Position numbers and translations under genes: made by a program
In this document: one piece after another, positions 46,673-56,458 of the stretch
Layout: every line of letters starts with the position of its first letter
Position numbering within the stretch: position 1 is the first letter of the stretch
From: an uncultured Alphaproteobacteria bacterium
GTDB taxonomy: Bacteria; Pseudomonadota; Alphaproteobacteria; Rs-D84
DNA: 64,000 bases
Assembly: GCA_944389265.1 (NCBI GenBank)
Contig: CALXLS010000001.1
Location: 82,359 to 146,358, forward strand
Direction of reading: 5' to 3'
Notes under the pieces: model-generated
Databases searched by the model: none
What the model saw: only the letters and a program-made list of their open reading frames with translations
Told to the model about the DNA's origin: nothing

Positions 46673-48360
46673 TACATATTTGGAATTATTATTACATCAT
46701 TGTAATAACCCAAGAAACGGTCACCCGTCACACAATAAACCTTTTGTAACGAGTCTTTATATTCACGAACTGCTGTCACCCAACGATTTTCTATATCAGA
46801 TTGCGCACCTTGATAACCGACAAAAGCACCCAAAGCACCACCCGCACCAGCACCGATTAAAGTTGTTTTTAATCTGGCCTTATTACTAAAATCAATAATT
46901 CCACCATCTTCTGCATTTACCATCATCGGATAAAAATCGTTAATAGAATATTCTGTATCTTCTGGTAAATTATAAGGTTGCCCCTGAGTGCTGCGCCCAT
47001 AAATAGTAACACCGTTTCTATGTGCACTTTTCCACTCGCGCCAATCAGACTGCTTCATACCAAACGCTTTATCTCTGACATCTGGAATCATGGCGGCAAT
47101 CTGTCTATCCACACGACCGGCAGAACTAATCTTTGTAAAGATACCTTGATCAACAGCAGGTGTTTTCCCCTCCATATCTAAGGCATTTACTATTGTTCTA
47201 TTACCACCGTCCATAACAATATAATATTGATTTTTTTCATTGTTTATTATTTCTTCGAATTGCTGTTCTTGAATTTCATCAATATTTTTATCTGGATAGG
47301 CTTCTAACTTTACATTTACAAGTTCTTCCTCTTTACAATTCTTCATATCCTGATCACAAACTAAAGTTCTTCTGGTAGTAGTGTTATAAAATGCAGTTTC
47401 TGCTGGTTTTAAAGACTCACTGGAAACCAACATTCCCCATAAGCAACTTGTTTCACGACCATTTAATTCACAATCCTCTATTCTTAAAACAGAATCACCT
47501 GATGCCATAATATTTCCAATAACACCACCAGCAACAGCGTTCACACCAGTAGATAAAATAACATCGCCGACAACCTTGCCCGCATAAGCATTACCTGCCA
47601 TAACGGCCGCACCAGATAATGCGCCTATTGCCGTTCCCTGTAATTTCCCCTTATCTGTACCTATTAAACTGTCATTACCTAAATCATTCTTACCGGCAAT
47701 ATTACCACCAATTCCACCCAAAATCGCACCCGCAGCAATTTTTAATACCGCATTCTGCTTTTGTTCTTCGTTCATAACCTTGACTACATCATCCATCGTA
47801 GGTTCCCTGTCAGCCGGGAATTCTATATTACCCGCATCAACAGTATAAGTTGCGTCTGGAAATTCTGAAATGTTACATTTTACGGAATCACCCGCAGCCA
47901 AATTTGCACGCGCCAGCACCACATCAGAACCATTTGCACCCATCTGATAACCACGCATTTCAACTACTGCGACACATGTACTTGAACCACCTGCCCCCAA
48001 CCCCAAAGTCGGTCTATCCCAAGCAAACTCACCATTTGGATATATTGCTGCACATTGTTCAAGTTGACTTACAACAACGGGCGTATCGTTATTACCGTTA
48101 ATTATTTTTTCTGCCAAATCTTTATCTGCAACCCTAACCGGTAAATTATTTTCTGTATCAGTGGAAGGTGTTACTATGGTTGTAGGCTGAGAATTATAAT
48201 AATCTGCCTGCTGACGCATAGCATTTACTTGATTGTACGCACCTGCATAACTCCGCGACATATTACCAACGCGAATACCAGCCGCATCTGCAGAAACCGA
48301 AAACGTACTAATCAGCACCGCAAATAAAGAATAGTTAATAATAGAATGCGTTTTTTTCAT
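46672..48360 (-). CDS. Secreted protein with glycine-zipper-like Gly/Ala-rich segments; unknown function
   Basis: Signal peptide MKKTHSIINYSLFAVLISTFSVSADA. GGIGGNIAG…GALSGAAVMAGNAYAG…AGGVIGNIMASG and the C-terminal LIGAGAGGALGAFVGY. Confidence 0.45.
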   Translation of the reverse strand: MKKTHSIINYSLFAVLISTFSVSADAAGIRVGNMSRSYAGAYNQVNAMRQQADYYNSQPTTIVTPSTDTENNLPVRVADKDLAEKIINGNNDTPVVVSQLEQCAAIYPNGEFAWDRPTLGLGAGGSSTCVAVVEMRGYQMGANGSDVVLARANLAAGDSVKCNISEFPDATYTVDAGNIEFPADREPTMDDVVKVMNEEQKQNAVLKIAAGAILGGIGGNIAGKNDLGNDSLIGTDKGKLQGTAIGALSGAAVMAGNAYAGKVVGDVILSTGVNAVAGGVIGNIMASGDSVLRIEDCELNGRETSCLWGMLVSSESLKPAETAFYNTTTRRTLVCDQDMKNCKEEELVNVKLEAYPDKNIDEIQEQQFEEIINNEKNQYYIVMDGGNRTIVNALDMEGKTPAVDQGIFTKISSAGRVDRQIAAMIPDVRDKAFGMKQSDWREWKSAHRNGVTIYGRSTQGQPYNLPEDTEYSINDFYPMMVNAEDGGIIDFSNKARLKTTLIGAGAGGALGAFVGYQGAQSDIENRWVTAVREYKDSLQKVYCVTGDRFLGYYNDVIIIPNM

Positions 48361-48422
48361 AATTCTTCCGTCTTTTTTTACCGTGTCACCGCAAACGCAA
48401 ACCCAAAACTGCAGATGACATT

Positions 48423-49514
48423 TTAGAATTGCAGTCTTAATCTGATACCCATATCAACAGTACTTAAACGAGCACTTTCATACCAATTTGTATAATGGAA
48501 CACACTATCGTATGGCGCAGGATATTCAGAACCCGCACCATCACCCAGCCATTCTGTCTGGGAAACGATAATACTGCCGGATGTTCTTACTTTACCCAAA
48601 TTTGTATATCTAACGAAGAAATCTAACTTAATACCACCATCTAATTCTGTTGTAACCCCGCCTTCAAACATGAACGCCAACTGTTCTGATGTTCCCCCAT
48701 TATGATATGCATAAACATCGGAAATACCCGTCAAATCACCCGCACCTGCTGCACTAGGTTCCATTTCCGAATAAAAAGTATTATCATATACAACGTAATC
48801 AGATATTGTATTTAAAGAAATACCAACACCAACACCAACATAAGGTCTTAACGCCCCACCTGCAATATATCCAGTATAAGAATCTATGTTGTAATACATA
48901 TTCAACATAGTTGCATTAGATGTTATTGCACCACCGTCAACCTCGGCATCAACATAACCACCAACACCATCCGAAGATTGAACCATACTTGGATAACTTA
49001 TACCAGAATACCGCAAATACGAGAAATCCACACGAATATCATTGTTTATTGCGGCACCTACAGATAACTGCAACGGTAAAACCGTATCTGTATTAAAATC
49101 AGCCTCTTGGAAAGCACCAGGTACAAAGAACGCATTTTTTTCGCCCATATAGTCGGCAATCATAGCACCGCCAACACTTGCTGAATAACCAACAGACAAA
49201 CCAACATATAAACCACTATCGGCAAGCCTATCGTAATCTGCAGGTTGATAATACTGACGCCCCGCATTTGTTGTATTAGAACCCACACGCGGTAAAGTAC
49301 CCGTAATTCTTGTCGGACTTGCGGCATTAACATTTCCAATGGTTCCCGTAGTTGTCACAACCGTATTTGTTGCTGTTGTTGTCGGCAAATATACGACCTG
49401 CCCCTGCGCATTTGTACCCTGATATCCATTATAAACCGGATATGCAGCATCTGCACTGCCTGAAACTCCAAACAAAAAACCAGCCAAAGCGGCAAATATG
49501 CTGACTTTTTTCAT
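48423..49514 (-). CDS. Outer-membrane beta-barrel protein
   Basis: Signal peptide MKKVSIFAALAGFLFGVSGSADA; Thr/Gly-rich N-terminal region; C-terminal …GIRLRLQF. Confidence 0.5.
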   Translation of the reverse strand: MKKVSIFAALAGFLFGVSGSADAAYPVYNGYQGTNAQGQVVYLPTTTATNTVVTTTGTIGNVNAASPTRITGTLPRVGSNTTNAGRQYYQPADYDRLADSGLYVGLSVGYSASVGGAMIADYMGEKNAFFVPGAFQEADFNTDTVLPLQLSVGAAINNDIRVDFSYLRYSGISYPSMVQSSDGVGGYVDAEVDGGAITSNATMLNMYYNIDSYTGYIAGGALRPYVGVGVGISLNTISDYVVYDNTFYSEMEPSAAGAGDLTGISDVYAYHNGGTSEQLAFMFEGGVTTELDGGIKLDFFVRYTNLGKVRTSGSIIVSQTEWLGDGAGSEYPAPYDSVFHYTNWYESARLSTVDMGIRLRLQF

Positions 49515-49655
49515 AGCCTTTCCATTTTCCTTTGAAAATATTATATCATAAAAACACTGCAGAAAAAAGTATTTAGTATTTTTTGCTCTTAAAAAGAAAA
49601 CCCGTCAAAACTTGACGGGTTTTGTGTCCAATATATGTTAATTTGCTTTTTTATC

Positions 49656-50660
49656 TTAGAACGCCAAGTTCAAACGAACACCAACTTCGGCCTTAACGTC
49701 AGAACCGTTCTGAGAATTATCATGTGCAGTATCGAATGTATATTCACCATACAATGCAACCTGAACTGCGTCTGTCAACTGATTTGCAACAGACAATGAT
49801 ACGATATATTCATCAAAACCATCGTTCATGTCAGATAAACTAGAAACCAAATTTTTAGCAAATGCTTGACCCATAGGATTTGAAATTTCTGTTGCCAAGC
49901 TCTTTACACCATTATCTGCATGATGATTATATTTAAAGCCACCACCAAATGACCATCTGTCTGTCAACTGATAGAAAGCATTTAATCCAGCGTTAATTTC
50001 TGTTGTAGATTTCAAATCAACAGAAATTTCAGATGGGATACCAAACATGGGCATCATCGCACTTACGCGTGAAACATCGATAACATTGTTATCACTGCCG
50101 AATGTTTTTAAAACTTCAACAAATGCACTTGTTGTTAACTTTGACCATGTTTTACCAAAGCGAACACCAACGTCTGCCCCCCAACGACCGTTGGAATAGT
50201 TATCATACTGGAAATAACCAACTGTCTGTGTTACAGGGATATAAGCACCACGCATTTTGTTTACACCACCCAAATGAGCATCTGCATAAACATCCAATAC
50301 TGTGCCATCATTGAATTCTAATGCACGATAAATCAAACCTGCACGACCATGATTCAAACCTTTGCGGTTGATATCGTCTGCCTGAGTATATGCAAAAGAA
50401 CCACGGATAGCCAAACGATCTGTGATGCCATAACCCAAATCTTCACTTACACGCCAAATCGGGAATTCTGTTGCCCCTGCGTGATTTTTCAATTCATTTA
50501 CTGGTGTACTATCTGTAACTTTGTACATTACACCTGCACCCGTTTTTGAATACAATTCACCAGAACTTGGTAAATACAACGGGTTTTCCAAGTTAGCAGC
50601 CATTGCAGGTACTGTCAAAACAGATGCAGCAACTGCCATCTTTAAAGTTTTTTTCATCAT
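49656..50660 (-). CDS. Porin-like outer-membrane beta-barrel protein
   Basis: Signal peptide MMKKTLKMAVAASVLTVPAMA; alternating beta pattern; C-terminal …VGVRLNLAF. A terminator hairpin lies at 49598-49627 downstream. Confidence 0.5.
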   Translation of the reverse strand: MMKKTLKMAVAASVLTVPAMAANLENPLYLPSSGELYSKTGAGVMYKVTDSTPVNELKNHAGATEFPIWRVSEDLGYGITDRLAIRGSFAYTQADDINRKGLNHGRAGLIYRALEFNDGTVLDVYADAHLGGVNKMRGAYIPVTQTVGYFQYDNYSNGRWGADVGVRFGKTWSKLTTSAFVEVLKTFGSDNNVIDVSRVSAMMPMFGIPSEISVDLKSTTEINAGLNAFYQLTDRWSFGGGFKYNHHADNGVKSLATEISNPMGQAFAKNLVSSLSDMNDGFDEYIVSLSVANQLTDAVQVALYGEYTFDTAHDNSQNGSDVKAEVGVRLNLAF

Positions 50661-50693
50661 TTAACTCCTTGTTTTCGATGAAATTCCACAGCC

Positions 50694-50744
50694 CCCATTA
50701 TTGGCAAGACTGGGGTTCGTATCCGCACCACCCATTATTGGCAA
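50694..50744. repeat. Two copies of a 14-bp direct repeat, CCCATTATTGGCAA, in the porin upstream region
   Basis: Copies at 50694-50707 and 50731-50744 (37-bp periodicity), 35-85 bp upstream of the porin start codon on the opposite strand. Confidence 0.5.
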
Positions 50745-50896
50745 TAGCACGTTTTTGTGACACGAGCATAATCAGGGTGCTACAGAATAAGATTAAAGTC
50801 AAAACAATTTTACATTTGACAAAAAACTTGAAACCACAATTTTTTGCACTACATAAATATATCAAGGGGTAAAAAAGTAGCCTAAGGAGTGTAATC

Positions 50897-51439
50897 ATGG
50901 AAGACAAATTCAATCAATATATGAAAATAATCGCAGGCGAAAACATACAAAAAAAACAGGAAAAAGTATTAAGCGAAGCCGACAAAAAGAAAATTTCTGC
51001 CGCATATTTCCAATTATTTTACAGTCTATCTTTTGCTAATTGGCTGAAAGGCACTTCCTTGGGACAGGCTTGGTATAAAGCAATTGAACAATTAAAATCT
51101 TTCATTTCATCAAAAAGTTCTGAAAACCCTGCAACAATGTACATGCGCCAAATTTTTGCTGCACATAAAGCAAAATGGTCTCAACTTATTATGACCAGCC
51201 CTTTAAAAGACACAAAAATTGAATGCACACCAGAAAAAAAACAAGAATGGAATATGCGTGTAGCAAAAAACACTAACGAAGCATTAAAGAATCTTAACGA
51301 TACTTTGGCTTTATATGAAACAAAAGAACAAAAGAATCAAAAGCCTGTACAACAGTCAGAATTTCTGTCTGCACAACAAAAAATGCAGATGCTTATTATG
51401 TGGCAAATGCAAAATCAAAATGAAAGACATGCTGCATAA
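50897..51439 (+). CDS. Hypothetical protein (180 aa)
   Basis: AAGGAG SD. Lys/Gln-rich, with no recognised motif. Confidence 0.4.
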   Translation: MEDKFNQYMKIIAGENIQKKQEKVLSEADKKKISAAYFQLFYSLSFANWLKGTSLGQAWYKAIEQLKSFISSKSSENPATMYMRQIFAAHKAKWSQLIMTSPLKDTKIECTPEKKQEWNMRVAKNTNEALKNLNDTLALYETKEQKNQKPVQQSEFLSAQQKMQMLIMWQMQNQNERHAA

Positions 51440-51446
51440 ACAAATA

Positions 51447-51478
51447 AATAAAAAGGACGAAATCTCGTCCTTTTTATT
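51447..51478. terminator. Bidirectional terminator (a perfect palindrome)
   Basis: AAAAGGACGA-AATC-TCGTCCTTTTT. This palindrome explains the two mirror-image short ORFs predicted here. Confidence 0.55.
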
Positions 51479-52718
51479 TATGCTTGTATGCCAAAACATA
51501 GGGCACAAACTTATCCTGATTAACCTGCCCCAACCATTCCCGCGGTACAACCAAACTATTATGTTGCCCTGCAGACATTTTTGGTAATTCTTCACCATTC
51601 TTTGCATTAATTATTTTTGGCAGAACAACCGAAACACTGTCCATTGTACCTGGCAGAACAAATGTTATTTTATCCCCCTGCTTGATTTCATTACGAAGTT
51701 CTAGGGTTATATTTTTCTCGTCAACTTTTGTTATAACACCGGCTGCGTGATATTCGGATGTAGAACGTGTTGTTTCGTAATTATGAGCATCCGGACCAAG
51801 ATTTCCGTCAAAAAATGCAGTTGTATAACCACGCGTTTCTAAACGTTCCAATTCTTTCATAAATGGAGCCGGGTCAAATTTTTCTGGATTTTCCTTATAC
51901 GCATCTAATGCCGCACGATAAGCATGAATCACAGAACCAACATAATATTCACTGCGGTTACGTCCTTCGATTTTCAGAGAATCTGGTCCTGCTTCTATAA
52001 CCTCGCGCAGACGCGGCATCAAACATAAATCCTTGGAATTCATTATATATGCACCACGTTCGTCTTCTTCTATCGGCATTTCTATACCAGATTCACATTC
52101 GCGCAAAATGACATCGTATTTCCAACGGCACAACTGAGCACACGCACCACGATTTGCAGGACGCCCCGTTATAAAATTAGACAACAAACAACGCCCCGAA
52201 TAACTCATACACATAGCACCGTGTACAAAAATTTCTAGTTTCATATCTGGACACTGCTGACGAATGCTTTTAAATTCTGCATTTGACACTTCACGTGCCA
52301 GCACGCAAAGTTTTGCACCAGCATTCTGCCAAAACTTTACACTTAAAGCAGAACAAATGTTTGCCTGCGTAGAAATATGTATCGGCATATCCGGATGATT
52401 TTCACGCACCCACATTAAGACCCCAGGGTCTGCGATAATAAGCGCGTCGGGTTTTAAATAATTTATAACCTCACTGACACGTGGCATGTTTACAAAATCC
52501 CTGTCATGTGCAAAAAGGTTAAAAGCTAAATAAACCTTTTTCCCAGCAGCATGCGCAAGTTCAATTCCTTGCTTTACTTCTTCTGTTGTGATTTTTGCAC
52601 GTGCCCGCATAGAAAATCCAGGCAGGCCCGCATAAATAGCATCTGCACCATATAAAATGGCGGTTTTAAAAGCATCCAGCGTACCCGCCGGTGCCAAAAG
52701 TTCTGGTAATTTAGTCAT
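51474..52718 (-). CDS. Peptidase U32 family protein (collagenase-like PrtC/YhbU)
   Basis: MTKLPELLAPAGTLDAFKTAILYGADAIY…, and the conserved E.FVHGAMCMSYSGRCLLS motif of U32 peptidases. Confidence 0.75.
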   Translation of the reverse strand: MTKLPELLAPAGTLDAFKTAILYGADAIYAGLPGFSMRARAKITTEEVKQGIELAHAAGKKVYLAFNLFAHDRDFVNMPRVSEVINYLKPDALIIADPGVLMWVRENHPDMPIHISTQANICSALSVKFWQNAGAKLCVLAREVSNAEFKSIRQQCPDMKLEIFVHGAMCMSYSGRCLLSNFITGRPANRGACAQLCRWKYDVILRECESGIEMPIEEDERGAYIMNSKDLCLMPRLREVIEAGPDSLKIEGRNRSEYYVGSVIHAYRAALDAYKENPEKFDPAPFMKELERLETRGYTTAFFDGNLGPDAHNYETTRSTSEYHAAGVITKVDEKNITLELRNEIKQGDKITFVLPGTMDSVSVVLPKIINAKNGEELPKMSAGQHNSLVVPREWLGQVNQDKFVPYVLAYKHK

Positions 52719-52764
52719 GAGTATAATTTTTTACACTTATTTTATAAAAGCAAGCATTTTTATC

Positions 52765-52793
52765 TTGAAATTGATTTTTGAAACATGTATAGT
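52765..52793 (+). promoter_or_regulatory. Putative sigma70 promoter for tRNA-Thr
   Basis: TTGAAA-17 nt-TATAGT, about 10 nt upstream of the tRNA. Confidence 0.35.
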
Positions 52794-52803
52794 AAAGCAC
52801 GTT

Positions 52804-52879
52804 GCCAGTTTAGCTCAGCTGGTAGAGCATCTGATTTGTAATCAGAGGGTCGTTGGTTCAAGTCCGACAACTGGCACCA
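52804..52879 (+). tRNA. tRNA-Thr (anticodon TGT)
   Basis: GCCAGTTTAGCTCAGCTGGTAGAGCATCTGATTTGTAATCAGAGGGTCGTTGGTTCAAGTCCGACAACTGGCACCA. The cloverleaf was checked by hand and CCA is encoded. Confidence 0.85.
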
Positions 52880-52884
52880 GAATT

Positions 52885-52913
52885 TCCGCAAGTTTTAACC
52901 TTGCGGTTTTTTG
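52885..52913 (+). terminator. Intrinsic terminator after tRNA-Thr
   Basis: CCGCAAG-TTTTAAC-CTTGCGG plus T6. Confidence 0.5.
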
Positions 52914-52941
52914 TAAAAAAAACGAGCGTTTGCCCGTTCTT

Positions 52942-53436
52942 TTAACTTCTTGTTTGCCCCTTCTTTTTCGGTGTCGAAACCCTTTCTCTCTCTTTTTCTG
53001 CACCTCCTTTATCTTCTTCAAATATATCAAGACCTATTACCTCTTTTAAAAATTCCCTGGCTTTCGGATTTTTGTCCGCATAACGTTTTACCCCGATTAT
53101 CAAAATTGCTGTTATTAACCTTTCAAAATACTGCGGCGACACTTTACTAGAAAACCTGTCCTTTATTTCGGATGCCATATCTTGTACGGCACTTTTTGCA
53201 CGATAAAAAAATGAATGCCTATTTCTAAAATATTTCCTTGTCTCGTTAACCCACATTATTATCAATGAAATAACTACAGGGATCGCTACACAAAAAATAA
53301 AGTACTTTGATACACCATCTAAACAAAAATTCGTGGTAAAAATATCATTACATGTACTTTTAGAATGCAAAAATAATATCGCAAATATTTCATATATCGA
53401 AAGTATCGTTGCATAAATTTTCATTTTTAAAAACAT
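52942..53436 (-). CDS. Hypothetical membrane protein (164 aa)
   Basis: AAGGGGGA SD. Two or three hydrophobic helices and a basic C-terminal tail. Confidence 0.35.
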   Translation of the reverse strand: MFLKMKIYATILSIYEIFAILFLHSKSTCNDIFTTNFCLDGVSKYFIFCVAIPVVISLIIMWVNETRKYFRNRHSFFYRAKSAVQDMASEIKDRFSSKVSPQYFERLITAILIIGVKRYADKNPKAREFLKEVIGLDIFEEDKGGAEKERERVSTPKKKGQTRS

Positions 53437-53450
53437 ATTTTCCCCCTTTT

Positions 53451-54203
53451 TTATTCTCTATTTCCTGGAATAAATCTTATACCTAATAAAACAGTCCAAT
53501 CGTTTCTGTGCCAATCACCACCAAGCCTTTTACCTACTCTGGTCCACACACCAGTTGTTCTATTCAACATAGTACCAATCTCGCCTTCCATTAAATATTC
53601 AGTGCGACCATCTTCATTGTTTATCCAAACTTGCGGGTCTAATGCAGCCCACCAACCTTTATTAGATAAATACCCAACCAACATACGAATCTGAGTCTGA
53701 TTTGTGTCTTGGTATTTTTCTTTATCCAGGTTATACAAAGATATAAATTGTTTACCGACCAAAGCAGTAAAGAAATTCGGACTAAATGCATAAACATATG
53801 CCAATGTCGGATCAAATGTATATTGTCTGGTGCCAAGCGTGTCAGATGTCGCAGTCGGTAAAACAAATTCAGCGGCACCAATTATAACATTTCTGCCAAA
53901 CCTATATTGACCGCGACCACGAACTCTTAAATCCCCGATACCACTATCTGCTATTCCGTATCCAGAAAAATGACTTAACGGCAATTCAAAATTAATGCCA
54001 TATACACCGTATAATTGCTTGTCATATTTTAACCCCAAAGTCGTGACCGATGGTCTGCCTTCAGCATCTATAACATTCAAACTAGGCAATAATTCCATTT
54101 TAGTGACGTTATCTGCCGGGTTAACACCTTTTACTGCACTATCTGCATACGCAGAAAAAGGAACAGACAACATAAGACCAATTAATAAAAAACTTTTTTT
54201 CAT
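53451..54203 (-). CDS. Outer-membrane beta-barrel protein (possibly MetA-pathway/transporter-like)
   Basis: AGGA SD. Signal peptide MKKSFLLIGLMLSVPFSAYA. Beta-rich, with C-terminal …LGIRFIPGNRE. Confidence 0.4.
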   Translation of the reverse strand: MKKSFLLIGLMLSVPFSAYADSAVKGVNPADNVTKMELLPSLNVIDAEGRPSVTTLGLKYDKQLYGVYGINFELPLSHFSGYGIADSGIGDLRVRGRGQYRFGRNVIIGAAEFVLPTATSDTLGTRQYTFDPTLAYVYAFSPNFFTALVGKQFISLYNLDKEKYQDTNQTQIRMLVGYLSNKGWWAALDPQVWINNEDGRTEYLMEGEIGTMLNRTTGVWTRVGKRLGGDWHRNDWTVLLGIRFIPGNRE

Positions 54204-54306
54204 TTTATATCCTGTATTCCTACAGAACATATTTTCAAAAAAATATAAATAAAAATCACTAAGAACGAAAGCCTATTAAAAAAGCCCCTTTCGGGGCCAT
54301 AAAATA

Positions 54307-55107
54307 TCACATTAAATCATTCGTTTCTAATTCTTGTTCCTGCTGTTCCAATTCAGCATTTCTTTCTTCCTCTGCACGCGCTGCTGTTTCTATCTGCAAC
54401 AATTGATTTTCTAGTGCAGTTCTTTCAGATGATTTATAACCAGTTTCTTCCGCAGCAGATTCTTTATCTGATGTATCGGATTGAGTCGCATTTGAAACTT
54501 TTGCAGGTGCACTACTTTCATTCTTGTCGGAAACCGCAGGGTTTATCAAATTCTTATAAATCTCTAACGCTTCTTCTGTACCGGTCATATCACGACGAAT
54601 TAAGTTATTTTCTTCACCTGGGATAAACCATTCATCTAATTTTAACGCCGTCAACTGCATGATAGGACGCGTTCTAGCCTCTGCTACCCATTTAGGCAAA
54701 ATAGGAGCATCAGAATAATACCATAATGCAATCCAGTACACTACCCCCATAACAACAATTCCACGGATAATACCAAAAATTATACCTAAAGTACGATCCG
54801 TCACCTTCATCATACTGTCTTGTATTTTTTCACGCAATTTCTGGTTGAAAAAACCTACTAACATTAAAATTACAAAAAATACAATAAAATACGATGCAAC
54901 TAGTGTCCCGACCGTTGAATCAGATAAACTAAATAAATTTTGTAATAATTTATCTAATAATGGTGATGCAAATCTTGCCGCAATCGCAGCAACAACCCAC
55001 GATAAAGTCGCAACCGTTTCATATACACCACCACGAACACTAGCCCATATAGTGGATGCCAAAATGACACCCACATATATATAATCAAGAGTAGTTAAAT
55101 CAAACAT
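54307..55107 (-). CDS. cvpA: CvpA-family membrane protein with a C-terminal acidic coiled-coil extension
   Basis: MFDLTTLDYIYVGVILASTIWASVRGG…, four TM helices typical of the colicin V production protein family. Confidence 0.55.
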   Translation of the reverse strand: MFDLTTLDYIYVGVILASTIWASVRGGVYETVATLSWVVAAIAARFASPLLDKLLQNLFSLSDSTVGTLVASYFIVFFVILMLVGFFNQKLREKIQDSMMKVTDRTLGIIFGIIRGIVVMGVVYWIALWYYSDAPILPKWVAEARTRPIMQLTALKLDEWFIPGEENNLIRRDMTGTEEALEIYKNLINPAVSDKNESSAPAKVSNATQSDTSDKESAAEETGYKSSERTALENQLLQIETAARAEEERNAELEQQEQELETNDLM

Positions 55108-55129
55108 GACTTATCCCGAAAATCTAAAC

Positions 55130-55708
55130 TTATTTCTTTTTATCCTTTCTGATTAGAACAAAGCCTAATGCAGCAACCAAGACTATCAGCAATACATAGA
55201 AATAAACAGATGAACCTTCGCTACTTTTTTTTTCTGCTTCTGCAGCAGCCGCTGCGTTTGGATCATATTCAGAAATAGCATTTTTACGATCAGAATGTTT
55301 AGACTTAAACGCTTCTGGATCTGCTTCTAATGCTTTTTTATTTTCTGCCGCAGTTTCTTTTTCACTGCTAGACAAATCTGCTTCTACTGCATCACGCAAT
55401 TCTTGTTCCATAAAGTCTGCGTACCCCTGAAAACACTTTTCACCAACAACGATAACAGGTACACCCCCATTATCATATTTACATTTTGTTAACGCTTCCT
55501 GAAAAGCAGGTACATTTTTTTCTTCCATAACATTTACTTGAACAACACGCAACTTAGGATATTCATATATCATCTTGTTAGAAAAGAATTCCTGTGCATG
55601 ATGACAATGTGGGCAATACGGTGAATAATATATCGTTATATCAGCCGCAGATGCTGTACCAACAAAAAACAAACCTAAAAGCGCAGATAAAAATGATAGT
55701 TTTTTCAT
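55130..55708 (-). CDS. Thioredoxin-fold thiol-disulfide oxidoreductase (CPHC active site), secreted, with a C-terminal TM anchor
   Basis: AAAGGAG SD. Signal peptide. YSPYCPHCHHAQEF (CxxC). Hydrophobic C-terminus VYFYVLLIVLVAALGFVLI. Confidence 0.55.
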   Translation of the reverse strand: MKKLSFLSALLGLFFVGTASAADITIYYSPYCPHCHHAQEFFSNKMIYEYPKLRVVQVNVMEEKNVPAFQEALTKCKYDNGGVPVIVVGEKCFQGYADFMEQELRDAVEADLSSSEKETAAENKKALEADPEAFKSKHSDRKNAISEYDPNAAAAAEAEKKSSEGSSVYFYVLLIVLVAALGFVLIRKDKKK

Positions 55709-55844
55709 AATTTTCTCCTTTTCTGTTCGGATTATAGAAATCTGAATGCCCGCGTGCAAGCCATTTTTATATTTTTATTTGTAAAAAAATCCTGTTGTGT
55801 TTCTGCTTATTGTTATACACAATTCAATCAAAAGGAGTTTTTAT

Positions 55845-56432
55845 ATGTTTTCTTTAAATCAATTTCCTTTGCCATTTCCCGCAAAAGGCATGGAACCCTA
55901 TATGTCTGAACAAACTATTAATTTCCACCACGGTAAGCATTTGGATACATATATAAAAAATTTAAACGAATTATCCCAAGGCACAAAATATGCAGATTTA
56001 CCTTTAAATGAAATTATCATTAAATCTGCAAAAGATGAATCTGCAAAAAAAATATTTAATAATGCTGCACAAGTATTTAATCATAATTTCTTTTTTAACT
56101 GCTTATCAAAAGAAAAAATATCTATGCCAGAAGAAATAATAATTTCATTTGGTAGTGCAGATAATTTTTTTGAACAATTTAAATCTGTTGCAGTTTCTGT
56201 ATTTGGCAGTGGTTGGGCTTGGCTTATTCGCGATACAAATAATGAACTAAAAATTATAAGCACCGCAAATGCAGATACACCAATTGCACATAATTTAAAA
56301 CCTATTATGACAATCGATTTATGGGAGCATGCTTATTACCTAGATTACCAAAATCGCCGCCCAGATTTTATAGACGCTATACTTAAAAATTTAATTAATT
56401 GGGATTTTATAAAAGAAAATTTAGAAAAATAA
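55845..56432 (+). CDS. sodB: Fe/Mn superoxide dismutase
   Basis: AAAAGGAG SD. FPLPFPAKGMEPYMSEQTINFHHGKHLDTYIKNLN…, and the C-terminal DLWEHAYYLDYQNRRPDF (metal-ligand H/D/H). Confidence 0.85.
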   Translation: MFSLNQFPLPFPAKGMEPYMSEQTINFHHGKHLDTYIKNLNELSQGTKYADLPLNEIIIKSAKDESAKKIFNNAAQVFNHNFFFNCLSKEKISMPEEIIISFGSADNFFEQFKSVAVSVFGSGWAWLIRDTNNELKIISTANADTPIAHNLKPIMTIDLWEHAYYLDYQNRRPDFIDAILKNLINWDFIKENLEK

Positions 56433-56458
56433 AAAGCGGGAAAATCCCGCTTTTTTAA
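56433..56458. terminator. Bidirectional terminator
   Basis: AAAAAGCGGG-AAAA-TCCCGCTTTTTT. Confidence 0.5.

Noticed and set aside
51315-51607. Mirror-image ORFs 51315-51587 (+) and 51356-51607 (-), both reading …INKKDEISSFLF…
   Set aside because: They are translations of the two strands of the perfect palindromic terminator at 51447-51478 and overlap the 3' ends of real convergent genes.
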